From assembly GCF_009914755.1 (NCBI RefSeq), contig NC_060929.1: a stretch of DNA of 64,000 nucleotides; one strand, given 5' to 3'. The notes under the pieces were generated by a model that was not told the origin of the DNA, did not search any database, and worked only from the letters and a program-made list of their open reading frames with translations. The stretch is from the human T2T-CHM13v2.0 reference genome, Homo sapiens. Positions 14,867-35,926 of this stretch are shown piece by piece (position 1 is the first letter of the stretch; each line of letters opens with the position of its first letter). The translations under genes and the position numbers were made by a program.

Positions 14867-17800
14867 GTAGAATTGAGTTCCTGGTTATTGTCTTCACACA
14901 AAACATCTGATTTGATAGGACCTTATTACTGATCTTAAACAGAAGTTACTTGCATTTGTAATGTGAGAATGTGCAAAATTTGAATAATAGATCAGTCTTT
15001 GGATCTCACTTTAAAATATATGATTTGTGATTTTAGGCCAAAATCACATTAAATTTATAAATATACTTGTATCACTTAAATAAGCTACAAATAATAATCA
15101 TATTTATAACTATAATTTATTATATTTATAAGAATTAATTATGTAGATTTGTATGCTAAACCATTACTTAAGCACTTAATCAAGAGATCATATACATTAA
15201 AAATATGTGTGATTTAAAATATTTAAAGGGATTTAAGTAATTAACCCTGTTAAGGACAATAAGCATTAGAATATTAAATGTGATTTACAGTTCTTAGACA
15301 TAAATAAAACAGAACATGTGAAAGCTAAATGTAAAAATTTTTAAAAATTCAGAGTTTGAAATTATAATTTTAATGAAGTAAATACTACTGCCAAAAATCA
15401 AATTAAAAATGAATAATATATTTTTAAGAAGAAAAGTTTCACACAATGTCATTTTAAAAACTGCCCTTGAAGAATTATAACATTGGATTATCCCTTATTC
15501 TCTATGCCAGCTGTATGAAGAATGCATTAGAAGATGGTTTTGCAGTCATCTCTGCAAGAGTTGATGGTGGCTTGGACAAGAGTTCAAGGTGATTGGGTGT
15601 AAGGATAAAGAAAAGGGAATGCATTAGTTAAATATGGAGATGTGGTGGTTAATGCCAGTAAATGTCATGAGTGAGAGAGAGAGACAAAATTACACTGCCC
15701 CCTTTTCTGGTTTTGCAACTTGGTAGTGATACTGTCCATGAAACCAAAGATTCTCATCGTCACATGGAGATGTGTAGAATGAGATTAAAACTGTGACTAC
15801 AGGAGATCACTGCAGAACGTAAAATTTTATTTGATACAGGAGGCACTTTAGAAGACTGAAGTGCACTGAGCTGCATGAGCAAAACCACGTAGTGATGCAT
15901 GAGAATTAAAAAGAATGTATCTGAAAAGGGAAAAAATGATCAGAACTTTTGAATACTGATGAGGTTAAGTAATATATGCACAAGAAGGGACTGTTATATT
16001 TTTACCCAAAATTCAATCACTGTATAAAAAATTTATTTATAATAAATCCCATAAAATAAGATAATAAAGCTATAAGTCTGAGAATATAATTTATGCAAAA
16101 GCTATTTTTAGGACCATAAGCTAATTTTTATAAGCTATTTCATTGTTTTAAATCTCAGCTTGAATTTTATATATCTCTTTATATCTTTTTTCCACACATC
16201 TTAAACCCCACCATTTACTATTTGCATGATCTAGAAAAAGCTACCTAACCTTTGCAAGTTCTAGTTTATTAAAAAACATTAACTACTTTTGTTTCCTTCA
16301 AAATTCAGATTTTGTACTATTTAATATCCAAATAATTTACCTATCTGAAAAAAATATATACAATCCCATGTTTGTTTATGAACCTCAGGTATATATCAAT
16401 CTTTTGTGAACATCTGTGATCTTTTTGTTTTGTAATTTTCATATTTCCAATTTGATCAAACTTGCATTTTATTATAAATGTCCTACAGTCATGTCTGCAG
16501 AGTTGAAGGATCTTGGCTGGCATTTGAGACTTTCTACTCTTTTCCACTTTCTAATAGTCAATAAACTTTGCTCAGACCTGCCTTCTTGGTATTTTACACC
16601 CATATAAAGATGGTACAGAGTGCCCTCCTAGTAACACTGCATCTGTGCATTGGGGAGAAGAGAAGGGTTATACCTCTCCCACTGAAACAGGCCTAAGGAG
16701 GTCTTGGACATTTTTCAAGTGGACCATTTCCCAGACACAGAAATGCTGAGAAAGAGCAATAACTTCACAGTGTATTATTTCACTGTTGACAAATGGAAGA
16801 AACAGGCATGTAAGATAAAAAATTGAGACTTAAAAACTTGCAGTTAAAAAACAGTTTCTCAACACTTACAGTAGAATAGAATAATAACCTTTTAAAAGCC
16901 GTCTTCAATAAGCTGATTGCAACACTGCACAAGCTCAGCCTGCTAAGACACAGGGTCACTGCTTTTGTCTTACCATCCATCTCATCTTTATCACTTTATT
17001 GACTTTCTTCTTTCAAATGTCTTAAATATTGAATTCCAATTTCCTCCTTAAAGACATATTTCTCATAAAGATGTGCAAACGGTTATGCAATGGTTGTTTG
17101 GGAAGAATTCTTTATAGTCCATTATTGAATTCACAGTGTAGGTACAAGTAAGTGCTTTGGATCAGACAAGAAGGCCTATTGAGTAAGTTGCTGCCACAGG
17201 GCCTATGTGGGAAGTTTCTAAATAAAAGTTACATTGCGGAGTAGCAATGTTTTGATACGTCATTTTTCAAAGCTTCCACTATTTTCTTATAATTAGTTTG
17301 TATGCTATTGTGCATATATGAACTGAATTTTACAAAAAGCCTCATGCTAAAAATCACACAGAAAAAGAGAGGATGAGTAGCTTGAGAAAGAAGAGATGAA
17401 GGTAGGCACATTTTCTTTCAATTAGAAAAAAGTCTGCCTTGAGTTCTGTTGAAAAATTCACATTACGTACTGCATGACATTTATGCTGAAAGCAGGTGTG
17501 AGTAATGTAAGAACAAGGGTTGCGTCTTGACAGAAGATTTTGCATTTATTACCTCTTTCTGAAGAAAGGTAATGAAGCAGGAAATAGTCACAAATAATAA
17601 GAAGCAGTTTAAGCTGTTGAATACACAACAATCTCCACTATCCTTCAAATTTTAGACCTCTATAGGAGAAATAGGCAGTCTTTCCAATCTCATATAGATA
17701 GATATATGTAAAATTATCACCATTTTTTGAAGACTGTCTTTTATATGACCTTCAAATGTCAGACATTACTCTATAACTTCACATAATGCATATAATTTGA

Positions 17801-18248
17801 GCTTTGGATGACTACTTGATGCTAATTCAGACTCAGCTTTCATAAATGATTCATTCATCATTAGATTTATTAATCTCTATCCCTATAAATGGTTTTTATG
17901 TGGGCCAGTTAGTTAATTAGAGCTTTATATTGTTGACATGCCTTAGAAGTTTGTGATGCTTATAGGTAATTTAGTGTCAGAGGAAATAAAAAAAAAACCT
18001 TTTTCATTCAGAGAAAAAATACATGATGAGCTATATCAATAAAGGGTATATTTGGTGAAATAACAAAAATGGTTTTTATAACCACAAACCTAGGTATGAA
18101 TGATATGAATGAAGTAAAATTTGTTTTAAAATTTATTTAAATCTAGATTCATTTAATTCCAATGCCACATTTGACTAAGCTGATGACAAATTCAATCCTG
18201 TTCATGATGGAGGCTTTCTGCTTAAAGATGATAAAAATACTAAGATTT

Positions 18249-18656
<408 letters not shown>

Positions 18657-20889
18657 TCAGATTCTTGGAATATTCTGCTTTGGCATGATTAATGGGGCAA
18701 AAGAAACTTTGATGATACTAGGAAATGTCAGGTCCAGATGCTAGGACCAGTCATCTGGGTGCTGCCTGGTAAAAGACAAGGAGATCTCTCTCCCCTTCCA
18801 AGTCAAAAAAGACACATTCTCAGCTTATACTGTTTTTAAAGGTCATTAACTTCCCTGCCCGACCCCATCTGTTTACCCCTAACCAAACCTAATGTATACC
18901 ATTCATTATGCTTGGGGTTTAAAAGGCAGCAACTATTAATTAAATCAAGATCATTTGCTTTTGATATGGCAATATCCCTCTAGTGAGAGATTATGAAAAG
19001 TCTGGCAATTTGTTTGAAATAGAAAAAGGGGGAAATAAGGAGAAATGAAAAACAAAATAAATCATTTAACAAACTACACTGAAATAAAAAAAATGGAGGG
19101 ATGGGCTAGGTGAAATATTATTAACTAAATAACATCCCATATTGCATGGTCCAATAACAATGGCTAATTATATGAGCTTCTTATAAAAACAAGTAGTATA
19201 AGACTATAATTAAGGAAAAGCATAATTATATTATTTTCCTACATGAGATATTTTAAAATTCATTAATGTTTCAGAAAGTAAGGCATATAATTACTTCTTA
19301 TTCATCTTTTTTCTTAAATACAGTATCAACTTTCTTGGAGAGTCAGTGGCAATAACCAAAAGAATTAAGTAAGCTGGGAACTACACAATCACAAAACATC
19401 TTCAGGGAGGTTGGTACCTACAATATTGACTATTGAGCAAAGCCAATATTTAGAGGAAGAGCAAACAAACAAACATGATACAGACATTTCTCAGTGAAAC
19501 TATTTCTACTCATTCTTCAGTAACCTAGATTGAGGACAAAATTTTAGTAACTGAAGTCAATTACCATAAGAAAAATTTAAAAGTTATTACTGTAGACCTT
19601 ATATTCTTGTGGAGGAAGATAGGCATTAAATATAGAACAGGTAAGGTACTTTCTGGGTGTTCCATTATGAGGAAAAGAAAAGGAAAAGTCTCACTCAGGA
19701 TTCTTGTGATTTCAGGTTATTGGAAGACAGATATTATTTATCCAGAATGGCTAGGAAAACATTTTCTGGAAAGAAACTTTTGAGATGTTACCAACATGAT
19801 GAAAAAAGATACACTTTTGTAAGGACCACAGCAAACGGCATTCTGTGTCGAATAGATGAAAGAGTTTGAAGGAGAGACAGAGAAGACAAGGGTATTAATT
19901 TTGTATGGCTTCAATAACAAATTACCACAAGCTTAGTGTTTTAAAAAATAAAGTTCCTAAAGCAGGAGTCATGGTGGAAAATATTTTTTTTTCTCTATGT
20001 CGTCAATATCAAACAGATTTTAAATGGCAAAATAAGAGGCTGAAGAATGATTAAATATGATTAGGAATGAATAATCAAACATCAAGGCTGCAGACAAGGA
20101 AACATAAAGAAAGATCACAGTCCTGGTATGAATGCAAGATTATTCGTTACTAATCATAAACACACACCACTTAAATCATAGATGGAGAACCCTGGTAAGA
20201 TCCTAGTGAGACAGAGTGTAGAAATAAAGTCTTGGCAGAAATAATACTAAGTAACTATCTCCTAAGGCCTTTCATAATGCATTCTTATTCACATATAAGT
20301 AAAATATACTTTTCCGGTTTTATAAAATGTTACATTATGGCTTTTGCAATGACAGAGTATAAATTTTCTTGCCTGCTTATACAGACAAATATTTAGTCAA
20401 TATACTTTTATCTTTCCAGTAGCTCCAGTTGTATTTAATTTATTCATAAGTTAGTTCTTTAAGGCAGAGGGACATGGTATTTCACAAACAATTATATGTT
20501 GAGTATCTTTTCCTAAATCTCAAAAAACCCTGATATAATTGATTAAAAATATGTATAATAGATGTCAGTGCTAACACATACTCTATTATAACAGCTAGTT
20601 TTGAAACGCGTATGTTAACACATTTAGGCTTCTTACTGATACAAACTTTGGTTTGTTTATGGTATCATTGACTCTAAGTGTTATGTTAGACCATCTTATT
20701 CAATGTATCATGTAATATAGAATCCTTGGCAACTACTAGAAATATCCTCTTCCTTACAATTAACTCAGTGTGCATAGTTCTGCTGATTTCACCTAATTAT
20801 ATTCCTTATTTCCTACCTCCTTTCCATAATGTTCAAAAAGTGATAGCTTAGGAGATTCTCTGGATCAAATACTCCTTTATATCTTATAC

Positions 20890-21499
20890 TGCAAGGAGGC
20901 TCTAAAATGGCTCCAGTGATCTCTGCATCCTGGGATCCATGCCCTTGTGTGACATCCTCCATTTGAGCATGGGTGAGACCTTATGCTCTATAATTTGCTT
21001 CTAACCAAAATAATATGGCAAATGCGATGAGATAACTCTTCTGTGCTTATTCTATGTTAGGATGAAAACAGCATCTTGTTAGCAGGCTGTCTTTATTGCC
21101 TCCTCAGCTTATATATTCTGATGAAGCAAACAGGCGTGTAACGGAGGTCCACATGTCAAGGAGTGAAGGGCAGCCCCCTCCCAACAGGCACCGAGGGACT
21201 GAGGATGACCTCCAGCTTGCTGCCACACACAAGCTGAAGCTTTCAATCCAACACCCCACAAGGAATTGAATTCTGCCAGCAACCACATGAGTTTGAAAGC
21301 AGATTATTTTCCAGTTGATCCTCACATGGGAATGTAACCCTGGCAGAAGCCTTGATTGCAGTCTCGCGAGAGACCTTGAAATAATGAACAAGTAAATTGC
21401 TTGGATTCCGAACTCACAGAAGTTGTGATAACAATTGTCTACTGTTTTGAGTTGCTGAATTTTCCAAAATGTATTATGCAGCAGTGGATAACCTATACA
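20890..21499 (+). mobile_element. MLT1F/G-like MaLR solo LTR
   Basis: 'ctctaaaatggctccagtgatc...atgcccttgtgtg', 'aattctgccagcaaccacatgagtttg', and end 'tatgcagcagtggataacctataca'. Confidence 0.75.
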
Positions 21500-21764
21500 T
21501 ATTTCTGAACATAGTTTCTTCTCTCTGTTCTGACAAATTGTATATCAGTACTTGATTTCATGCCTATCATTTTCACATGAACCTCCCTAATTCTTTTACT
21601 CAGGCTCAACTCAAGCCTTTGCAGTATTTCATATGTGTGGTCCTTAAGACAGAAATCATCGTAAACTCTTCTTCCTTCTAAATATATAATTCTTGTAACA
21701 AAGAAAGCACTCTTAAATGTTTAACGAGTAATGGGGCTCTCGGATGCTTAAAAGTGTAGAACAG

Positions 21765-21959
21765 ACACTTCTGACATTATGAGCCAGAAACATCCTTATT
21801 GTTGGGGGCTGTCCTATGTGCTACAGGATTTAGCAGAATCCCTAGTCTCCACTCACTAGATCTCAGTAGCACACCCACATTGGTGAAAAGGAATCATGTA
21901 TCTGGATATTGTTAAATGCTCACTTTGGTAACAAAAGAGCACCTAATGTAGAGCCACTG
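21765..21959. mobile_element. MER20 (hAT-Charlie DNA transposon)
   Basis: 'ttgttgggggctgtcctatgtgctacaggatttagcagaatccctagtctccactcactagat' matches my recall of the MER20 core. Confidence 0.7.
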
Positions 21960-22219
21960 GTATAAAGGGATCCTGAGTGAGGAATGCCACTTTATGAGAA
22001 ACTAAAAAGAAAGAGGTAGCTAGAGCTGCACTTTATTCTAAGTGAAGTGTGAAACAGAAAAAAAAGAAAAGCAAACAACAGATAGGGAACAATAGGATAG
22101 AAAAATAGGAAAGAATAATTCCAAAGGAACAAATTGAAGGCCTTTGAAGTTAGAAGCAAGGAACTCACAATTGCTAGCAGAAAGGCCAGGAACTCAAATA
22201 AGTGGGCTTAAATCTTTCT

Positions 22220-22430
22220 GATTGTTCCTGTATATCATATTAAGGAGAAAATTCAGATATCTTAAAAATATTTATTTTGAATATTTTAATTTATAATTTA
22301 TAATTCACTTAAAATAACAAATTCATAACATGTAAATAAATATGATTATGAAACTTTTTTCAAATAATCTATAAATGTAAAAGAGGCATTATTTTACAGT
22401 TTTTTTCAACTCTCCTTAAACTTTAACTGA
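22220..22430. mobile_element. Possible Charlie1-type hAT fragment
   Basis: 'cacttaaaataacaa...catgtaaataaata...aagaggcattattttaca' resembles a Charlie1 subterminal region. Confidence 0.4.
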
Positions 22431-22784
22431 TGTATCCAGTTGTCTTATTTTGTATGGGAAAAGTGGTAGCTCATGGTATATGGATTTATAATCCTATACG
22501 GGCAGTGGTTAATAATATTGTATCTTGTTCATCAAAGGCTTTTAAAAAAGGAAGGCTAGAAGATTGATAACAAGGAGTTTTGGGTTCTAGATATGTGAAG
22601 TAATTCACACAATATGGATGGTCTGTGGAGACATTTATATCCCATGTGAATGCTCAACATAGAGAATGTAGAGGAGGATTTCACAAATCTAATGGAGAAC
22701 TAGACCTATTCTGTGGCTTTTCATCAGTGTTTTCAACAGACATTGTGGTACTCCTTCGATGGGTTCATTTTTTTGTGTAGCCAT

Positions 22785-23149
22785 TGTATTAGTCAGTTAT
22801 CATGCTGCTAATGAAGACATACTCAAGACTGGGTAATTTATAAAGAAAAAGAGGTTTAATGGACTCACAGTTCTACATGGCTGGGAAGGCCTCACCATCA
22901 TGGTGGAAGGCAAAGGAGGAGAAAAGCATGTCTTACATGGCAGCAGGCAGGAGGACGTGTGCAGGGGAACTCCCATTTATAAAACTGTAAGATCTCATGG
23001 GATTTATTCACTATCCCAAGAATAGCACAGGAAAAACCTGCCCCCATGATTCAACTACTTCCCACCAAGTCCCTCCCATGACACAAGGGAAACTGTGGGA
23101 GCTACAATTCAAGATGAGGTTGGAGTGGAGACACAGCCACACAACATCA
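22785..23149 (-). mobile_element. THE1 (THE1B/C-like) solo LTR
   Basis: tgtattagtc...aacatca termini with a perfect 5-bp TSD GCCAT (22780-22784 and 23150-23154). Confidence 0.9.
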
Positions 23150-23373
23150 GCCATAATGAGGTCAAAATGTGATTCTTGTTTCACACAGCCTGATCTGGCT
23201 AATTCCACTGCTTAGAATCCAATCTATTGCCAATGGTAAACCCCAATATAAAACCATTATTTGATGAATAATTGATTACATTGAACTTTTCTAACATGGA
23301 GGAAGCTTTATTTATCTTTCTACTGATGTATTTACCTTTTCTCACTACCTTTCTTCTGACAGCATTATATGTC

Positions 23374-23808
23374 TGCTAAAATACATAATTACAAATATTT
23401 AGTTTAAAGATCTTAACTGGCTTTCCTTTGAAACTCTAAAATCAGTCAACACCTCATTCTATAAAGTAGTGAGTGTTCTGATGAACTGAGCAGAGACTGG
23501 CTTTATAGATAGAAAATATTTGACAAAAGCGGAAACAAAGAATAAAAAGTGAATTGGTTGTTTCAGTTACTTTTTTTTTGTAAAGCTTAAATAAAGCAGG
23601 AGGTACTTCCTTTTCATGCTCGCTAAACTGTCCTGTTTAGGGATTTGGCTATTTCTTCTCTTGATTCCTTGGAAGGTCAGATAAACAGCCTCATTTTGGC
23701 TTGTTGGTGTGGAACTCCATTATGAGGAACTCCATTTTGCTTTCGTCTGCAGGGTCTAGTGCAGGAGCTCAGTCCAAACCAAGAGCCTCCTGTAAATTTA
23801 ATTTAACA
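23374..23808 (-). mobile_element. ERV1-class solo LTR (MER4 group, MER93-like)
   Basis: Reverse strand begins tgttaaattaaatttacaggaggctcttggtttggactgagctcctgcactag. Confidence 0.65.
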
Positions 23809-23963
23809 ATTCTTGTATTTTCCAAAATGCCTTATTCACCATCACAGCATGCCATCAATAAAGCTTTCATGACTGAAGTAGTTTGTCAGTGGCTGACTCA
23901 CCTGGTATTAAGTTACTCCATACCATCTTATGCTGAGGAGCTGACATCCCACAGCAATGGAAA

Positions 23964-24547
23964 TGTTGCTACGCAAACCTCTGCTCTAAGACTTGACCAA
24001 ACTTTAACTTGGCTTCTAGCAGCCTAAGGCTGTGTCCCTGGGGAGACTCCTTTTGAGTTTCTGTCTAGTAAAGCTTAGGGCTGTGTAAACAACTATTTAT
24101 TCTAGCTAGCACTTGATATAGGCCCTTTTTTTAGAAAATAGACCATTTACTAAAAGGGGCTTACAATTGTGAATCCTTCCTGTGTCCATTTGAGATTTAT
24201 GTGTACTTCCTACAGCTCAGGAGTGCTGTCTCAAGGACCTGAAAACCATTCCTTTGAAGTGTAATTGTCAGAAAGGACAGTGTCTTCCACTCTTTATGCC
24301 CGGAAAAAGTCCTAACTTTGATCATTGCCAGGTAGCAGACACTGCTGGCCTCACTGCGTTTATGCTAACCAACCCTTAGTAATTCTTCACTTCTCTCACT
24401 CTTCTTGAGTCCCAGATCACTCCCCGCTTTATCCTCCTTTATTTCTCTTTAAATCACCTCTGTGAAAATCGGAATGAAGCTTACCTCTTTTCCTTACTTT
24501 CACAAGTTACAGTTTTACCAGATATCCAGTTTGGGTTATCTTTGACA
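23964..24547 (+). mobile_element. ERV1-class solo LTR (MER4 group; subfamily unresolved)
   Basis: TG...CA termini and 'ctcaaggacctgaaaaccattcctttgaagtgtaat' core. Confidence 0.5.
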
Positions 24548-24969
24548 TCCTCACCACCACCCACACCACCATGCTCACATCCTTTCCCTGAACTGGCCTC
24601 AACTGAGTGTTTGATCTGGCTCTGGCTCCCACAGTACAGTACGTATGGACCCAATGTGGACCATTGACTGCAGTATCCAACTGCTTCCTGAGGCATATCT
24701 CACTTTGGGAACTAAGAACAACATGTTTTTGCACAAAGGCAGAAAGCCCTGCCTGGCTTTTGCTACTGCCCAGATATTTCCTGCCTCCTGCCACCCAGAG
24801 TTTGATAAATATCTTAAGATAATCTTAAAAAAACAGGAAAACCTCTTTTTCTGCCCATCACGGACATTTCCCAGTCATGAAAAAATTAATAGCAAGCAAA
24901 TAAAAGGCTGCTAAACATATTTGAAAGCCATTTAGAAAGTCTACCTCATTTCCAAATATCCCATCTACT

Positions 24970-25357
24970 AAAAAAGAAAGATATAATTGGATTTTTTTTT
25001 TTTTAGTGATTTATGAAGAGGGCAGCATCTCATCTAAAGACTTGGAAAGATGCTTTACTGAACTAAGCAGAGGGAGTCAGCTTTAGAGGCAGAAAAGAGC
25101 TGAATAAGAAACAAGTGGATTGGGCTTTCAAAATTGGTTTTATCATAGGGTTGAAACAGAAGGGACTTCCTTATCTTCTTGGCTCAGGTAAATTGGGCCC
25201 CTTCTGATTGGTTGTTGTGAATCTCCTGTTTTATCTAAAACTGGCCTGTTTTAAAGTTCAGTTTGATTGTGTGGCATCTCGAGTTTGGTTTGGTCTGTTA
25301 GGGCCTAGTGTAAATGTTCAGTTCAAAACAATGGCCTCCTATGAATTCCATCTAATA
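24970..25357 (-). mobile_element. Second MER93-like ERV1 LTR
   Basis: 'tttggtttggtctgttagggcctagtg...caaaacaatggcctcctatgaatt' is related to 23374-23808. Confidence 0.6.
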
Positions 25358-25761
25358 AACCCTAATAGAACATGTAACTATCACAATATTTTCTCATTTT
25401 CCTCCAAGAAACTATTGTCCTCTCATACATTTTGAATTCCTGCTGAAGCAAAAGTGACAGTAGTTTGTTTCCTTCTGGCTGCAAGTTTAAGAATAAGCAG
25501 AATTTGCTAGTTTTGTTCCAGATTGGGTTTTGTGTTTGAAAATAACTCTGCCCTTTCATTTGTTCTGCTAGCCTCCTAGAGGGCCTCCTAAGAGTGGTTT
25601 TCTGCTCTCGTTATTCTCTGGATTGCACCCTGATGACTTCTCAGCATTGGATTACTTTCGTAAGCAATGCCCTTTTGAATTCTGTTTTAAAAACTCAAAA
25701 TGATTCTGTTCTCTTAAGTTGAAACCTGACAAAATAAAGCTTTAAAAATATACACATGATT

Positions 25762-25885
25762 CCAGGTATGGTGGCTCATGCTTATAGTTCAAGCTACTCA
25801 GGAGGATCAGACTGAAGGATTGTTTGAGACCAGGAGTTCAAGTTCAGCCTGGACAATATAGCAAGACCCTTTCTCTAAAAAAAAA
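25762..25885 (+). mobile_element. FLAM/Alu monomer
   Basis: Single 7SL-derived arm ending 'cctggacaatatagcaagaccctttctctaaaaaaaa'. Confidence 0.8.
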
Positions 25886-26060
25886 CACACACACATAATG
25901 TGTGCATGTGCATGAACATATGTACATACATATATATAATGTACATATATCACATATAATTTTTACATATATGCCTACACAAATATGGTTTGCATATATA
26001 TATTCATACATATATAAACATATGCATTTATATACATACATACACATATACATATCTGTG
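25886..26060. repeat. Degenerate (TA/CA)n low-complexity tract
   Basis: Alternating purine-pyrimidine run, visible directly. Confidence 0.8.
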
Positions 26061-27433
26061 TTTATGTACAGTTCTATCTCTATAAAATTATCCATTCATA
26101 ATAAATAAATGTTGAAAAAACATGTTTAAAATATAAGCCATAGACATTATTATTATTTTCTTAGAATTATCAAGCATTGTAAATGCCAAGCAAAGTTAGT
26201 ATTAGTGGATATTTTATCATCCAAGCCTCAGAATAAAATTGCTTCTATTTTAAGTCTGACACATATGGTATTTGCCTTTCTGTGACGATCTTGTTCACTT
26301 TCAGCATTTGCAACACCAGATTGCCAATTTCTCTGAAATTTGAAGTGGCAAGAATAGTAATTTTGAACTAAATATAAGTCAGGGGACTGTCAATTGAAAA
26401 CAGGCCTTCATTTACCTGTTTGAAAGTTCAGATGTCAATGCCATGATTTTTATTCCCTTTTTTCAGATCAGGATTAAAACTTTTTCTTTCTTGTTCTTTC
26501 TCCCCTTTTCAAATTGTAATAACACTCTTGAAGCAGAGGCAGTGATTCATGAATTTGATGGAGTGCCTCAGCAGAGAACTCTATCATTTTCAAGCTTCTA
26601 AAATACCATTTCTTTCATTAAATGCTAAAATAGCTATGTTTATTATTTTGCTTTTCTTCTCTCATTTAAAATATTAGAAGGGAGTTTTGCTTAATTTTAA
26701 ATACATGTGTCATTATGCATATATATATGTATATGTGTTTGTGTATGTGTGTATGTAAACATAGGTGTGTATGTGCATTTTTTCCCAAAGAATCTACTCA
26801 AGAATAACATAGAACATTTGATATAAAATGTAAATGTCTATTTTTAGATTTCTGAGAATGAGATTTTGAATAAACTGGAAAAGCTCTTTGGTAGGATATT
26901 AAAAATACTTACTTTAGATTCTCAAACTAAAATATTCACAAGATTTTTGGTAAACTGCAGGAATCTCAAAATAACCATCTGAGAGACACAATTAACAATG
27001 AGGAAGTAGTAAGTTTGCTATGCTTTCCTAGAAAGTTTTTGAGTGTAAACATTTCCTAAAATTTTTATTATGAAAGTTTTCATACAAAGGTTGAAAACGA
27101 ATGCAATGAACGTATGTATATCTTCCAGTTACACTCTATAATTTTCACATTTGTTCTGTATATACTTACTTGTGTTTTATTTATCTATATGTCATTGGTT
27201 TTTCTGTGCCATCTAAAAATAAATAATAATTTGCCACAAAATATTTCAGCATGTTGTAAGGTTAAAGAAAAAGCCTCCCACATATTTCATGAACCACATA
27301 TAATACCCATGAATAACAATATTATAATATCATCTAATATTCATATAATGTTTAAATTTCCCGATACCTACACAGTTGTTTTAAACTTTTTTATTTTACT
27401 CTGCAGCTAGATCTAGTTGAGATTGAGGTAGAA

Positions 27434-27857
<424 letters not shown>

Positions 27858-29279
27858 TGAAGTGAGACTTGGTGCACAAGCTGCTAGTCCTGAAAAGTAA
27901 GATACTTTAGTTGGCTCACAGGCTCATCTCCCAAGAGCTGATGTTTCCTAGAACGAAGAACTAAGCTGTTTTTCTCCCAACCTTAATATTTTAGCACAGA
28001 GACAGAGAAATTACTTGTTGATAATTTCCAAAACCTATTGAAAACAAAGAAAAATGAATCTGATATGCAGATTCAAAAACCTCCTGGTGAAAAAAAAAAT
28101 TCCCCAAAGCTTTTTTAGTATACATATTTCCAATCCTACAAAAAAAGAAGGGTATAAGTATCACTCATACTCACTACATAGACTCAAAATTTTTAAATTG
28201 TTATCTTTTTATATCATCTACTTTAGCATATCTTGAGAGAAAGTATCTCTCTATATAAAACAAAACTAAGATCGTGCTTAAGAAAATTAATAATAAACCA
28301 TAATACCATCTAAAGTTGAGTATAAATTCAAATTTTCTAGAGTCTGAAAAATGGATCTAAAGCTTTGTTAATTTCCTTCTAAACTAAGATCTGATCTTAG
28401 TTCTTGCATTATTTGGGTGTTTTTTCAGTTTAGCTTCTTTGTTCTAGAATAGTCCTTCGTCTTAGGTGAACTATTTACTGTAATTGAGTGTTGAAATTAT
28501 CTGAGGACATCATTCTGTATTGCTATTCATATGGAAATTTATGTAAATAAATCATTTCTTCTAAGTATATTTCTAGCGCAAGTGTTTAAAATGCATGTAT
28601 GAAATAACATCATTGGGACACACTAATGGGTCATTTAAGGAAGTCAAAACCAGAAAATTAATTAAATTGGTAGCAAAAGAAACATTGATTAAGATAATTA
28701 CTACAAATTTTACATTGCAATTCATCATTCTTAGAAGCACTGGTTTCACTAAATGCATTCCAGCAGTTAACACTGTATTTAATGGAAGCTTATTTCATAT
28801 CCTAGGTTGTCTATAAGAACATATAAAAACACTATCCAACATATAATTAATATCTTGAGGAAATGCACCATCACAATTTTTCTAAGCTATAGTGTGATGA
28901 ACTGAAAGACTTTATAAAGCCATTTGGTGTAATTTCCATGCAAATTTAAAGAATTACATCTATATCATCTGATATAGTTTGGATATTTTCCCCTGCCCAA
29001 ATCCCATGTTGAATGTTAGTCCCCAGTGTCTTGTGGGAGGTGCTTGTCCTATCCTGGACAGCTGTCAATAACTTCACTAAATGGTAAATTGACTGATAGC
29101 TACATCCCACTTCACCCAAACTCTACCAGCCCATCTTCTCTTTAGAAATATTCTAAAATTGCCTAGACCACTCTAGTTCCTCTAAAAGTGAATGGAATAT
29201 GGAGGAGACTGGAGGGCATCAGAAAAAAAGGATGGAAAGAGTAAAAAGGCAATATCATTTGAAACTTTGGTTACTATAA

Positions 29280-29841
29280 AAATAATCTTAATATTATTAT
29301 ATGTGTTAAAAACAGTTTAATCAATAATTAACTTCCCAATAAAGAAATAACCAGAACCAGATTGTTTCTCTGGTGAGTGCCCCAAAACATTTATTTATGA
29401 AATTATACCAATCATTTACAAGCTCTTTCACAAAACAGAAGCAGAGATAAGCACTTTCTAACTTGCTCTATGAGGCCCAAATCCATCAATTTATTAAAAA
29501 AAAACCTCCATATCACAACCAAATGGGATTTATTCTAGCTATGTATAGCTGGTTCAAATGCAAAAATAAGTAATTTAATCAAGCATATCAAGAGTTGATG
29601 AAAAATATTTGACAAAAATCCATATCCATTAATGATCAAAACTCTCAGTGATCTAGGATTAGAGGGAAGTGTCCTCAACTTGATACATTAATCATCAGAA
29701 GGTTTATAACTCACATCATGCTAAATGGTGAGAAACTCATTATTTCCTTCTAAGAGTGACAAAAGGTATGTTCTGTTTTTCACGCCTATTCAACATTATT
29801 AAAAGAACTAGCAAATGCAGTAAGAAAAGAAAAGGAAAAAA
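29280..29841 (+). mobile_element. Old L1M ORF2 (RT region) fragment, left part of the element split by the L1PA insertion
   Basis: Degenerate 'aaatgggatttattctagctatg...ggttcaa' and 'cctattcaacatt...ctagcaaatgcagtaagaaaagaaaaggaa'. The sequence resumes at about 35975 with 'aaaaatacacagattggga'. Confidence 0.7.

Positions 29842-35926
<6,085 letters not shown>

Larger units (their letters stand above)
22450..23940 (+). mobile_element. ERVL-class internal (pol RNaseH/integrase) remnant, interrupted by two LTR insertions
   Basis: 'atttatatcccatgtgaatgctca...gaggaggattt', 'gctaattccactgct' and 'aatgccttattcaccatca' are colinear with ERVL pol as I recall it. Confidence 0.6.
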
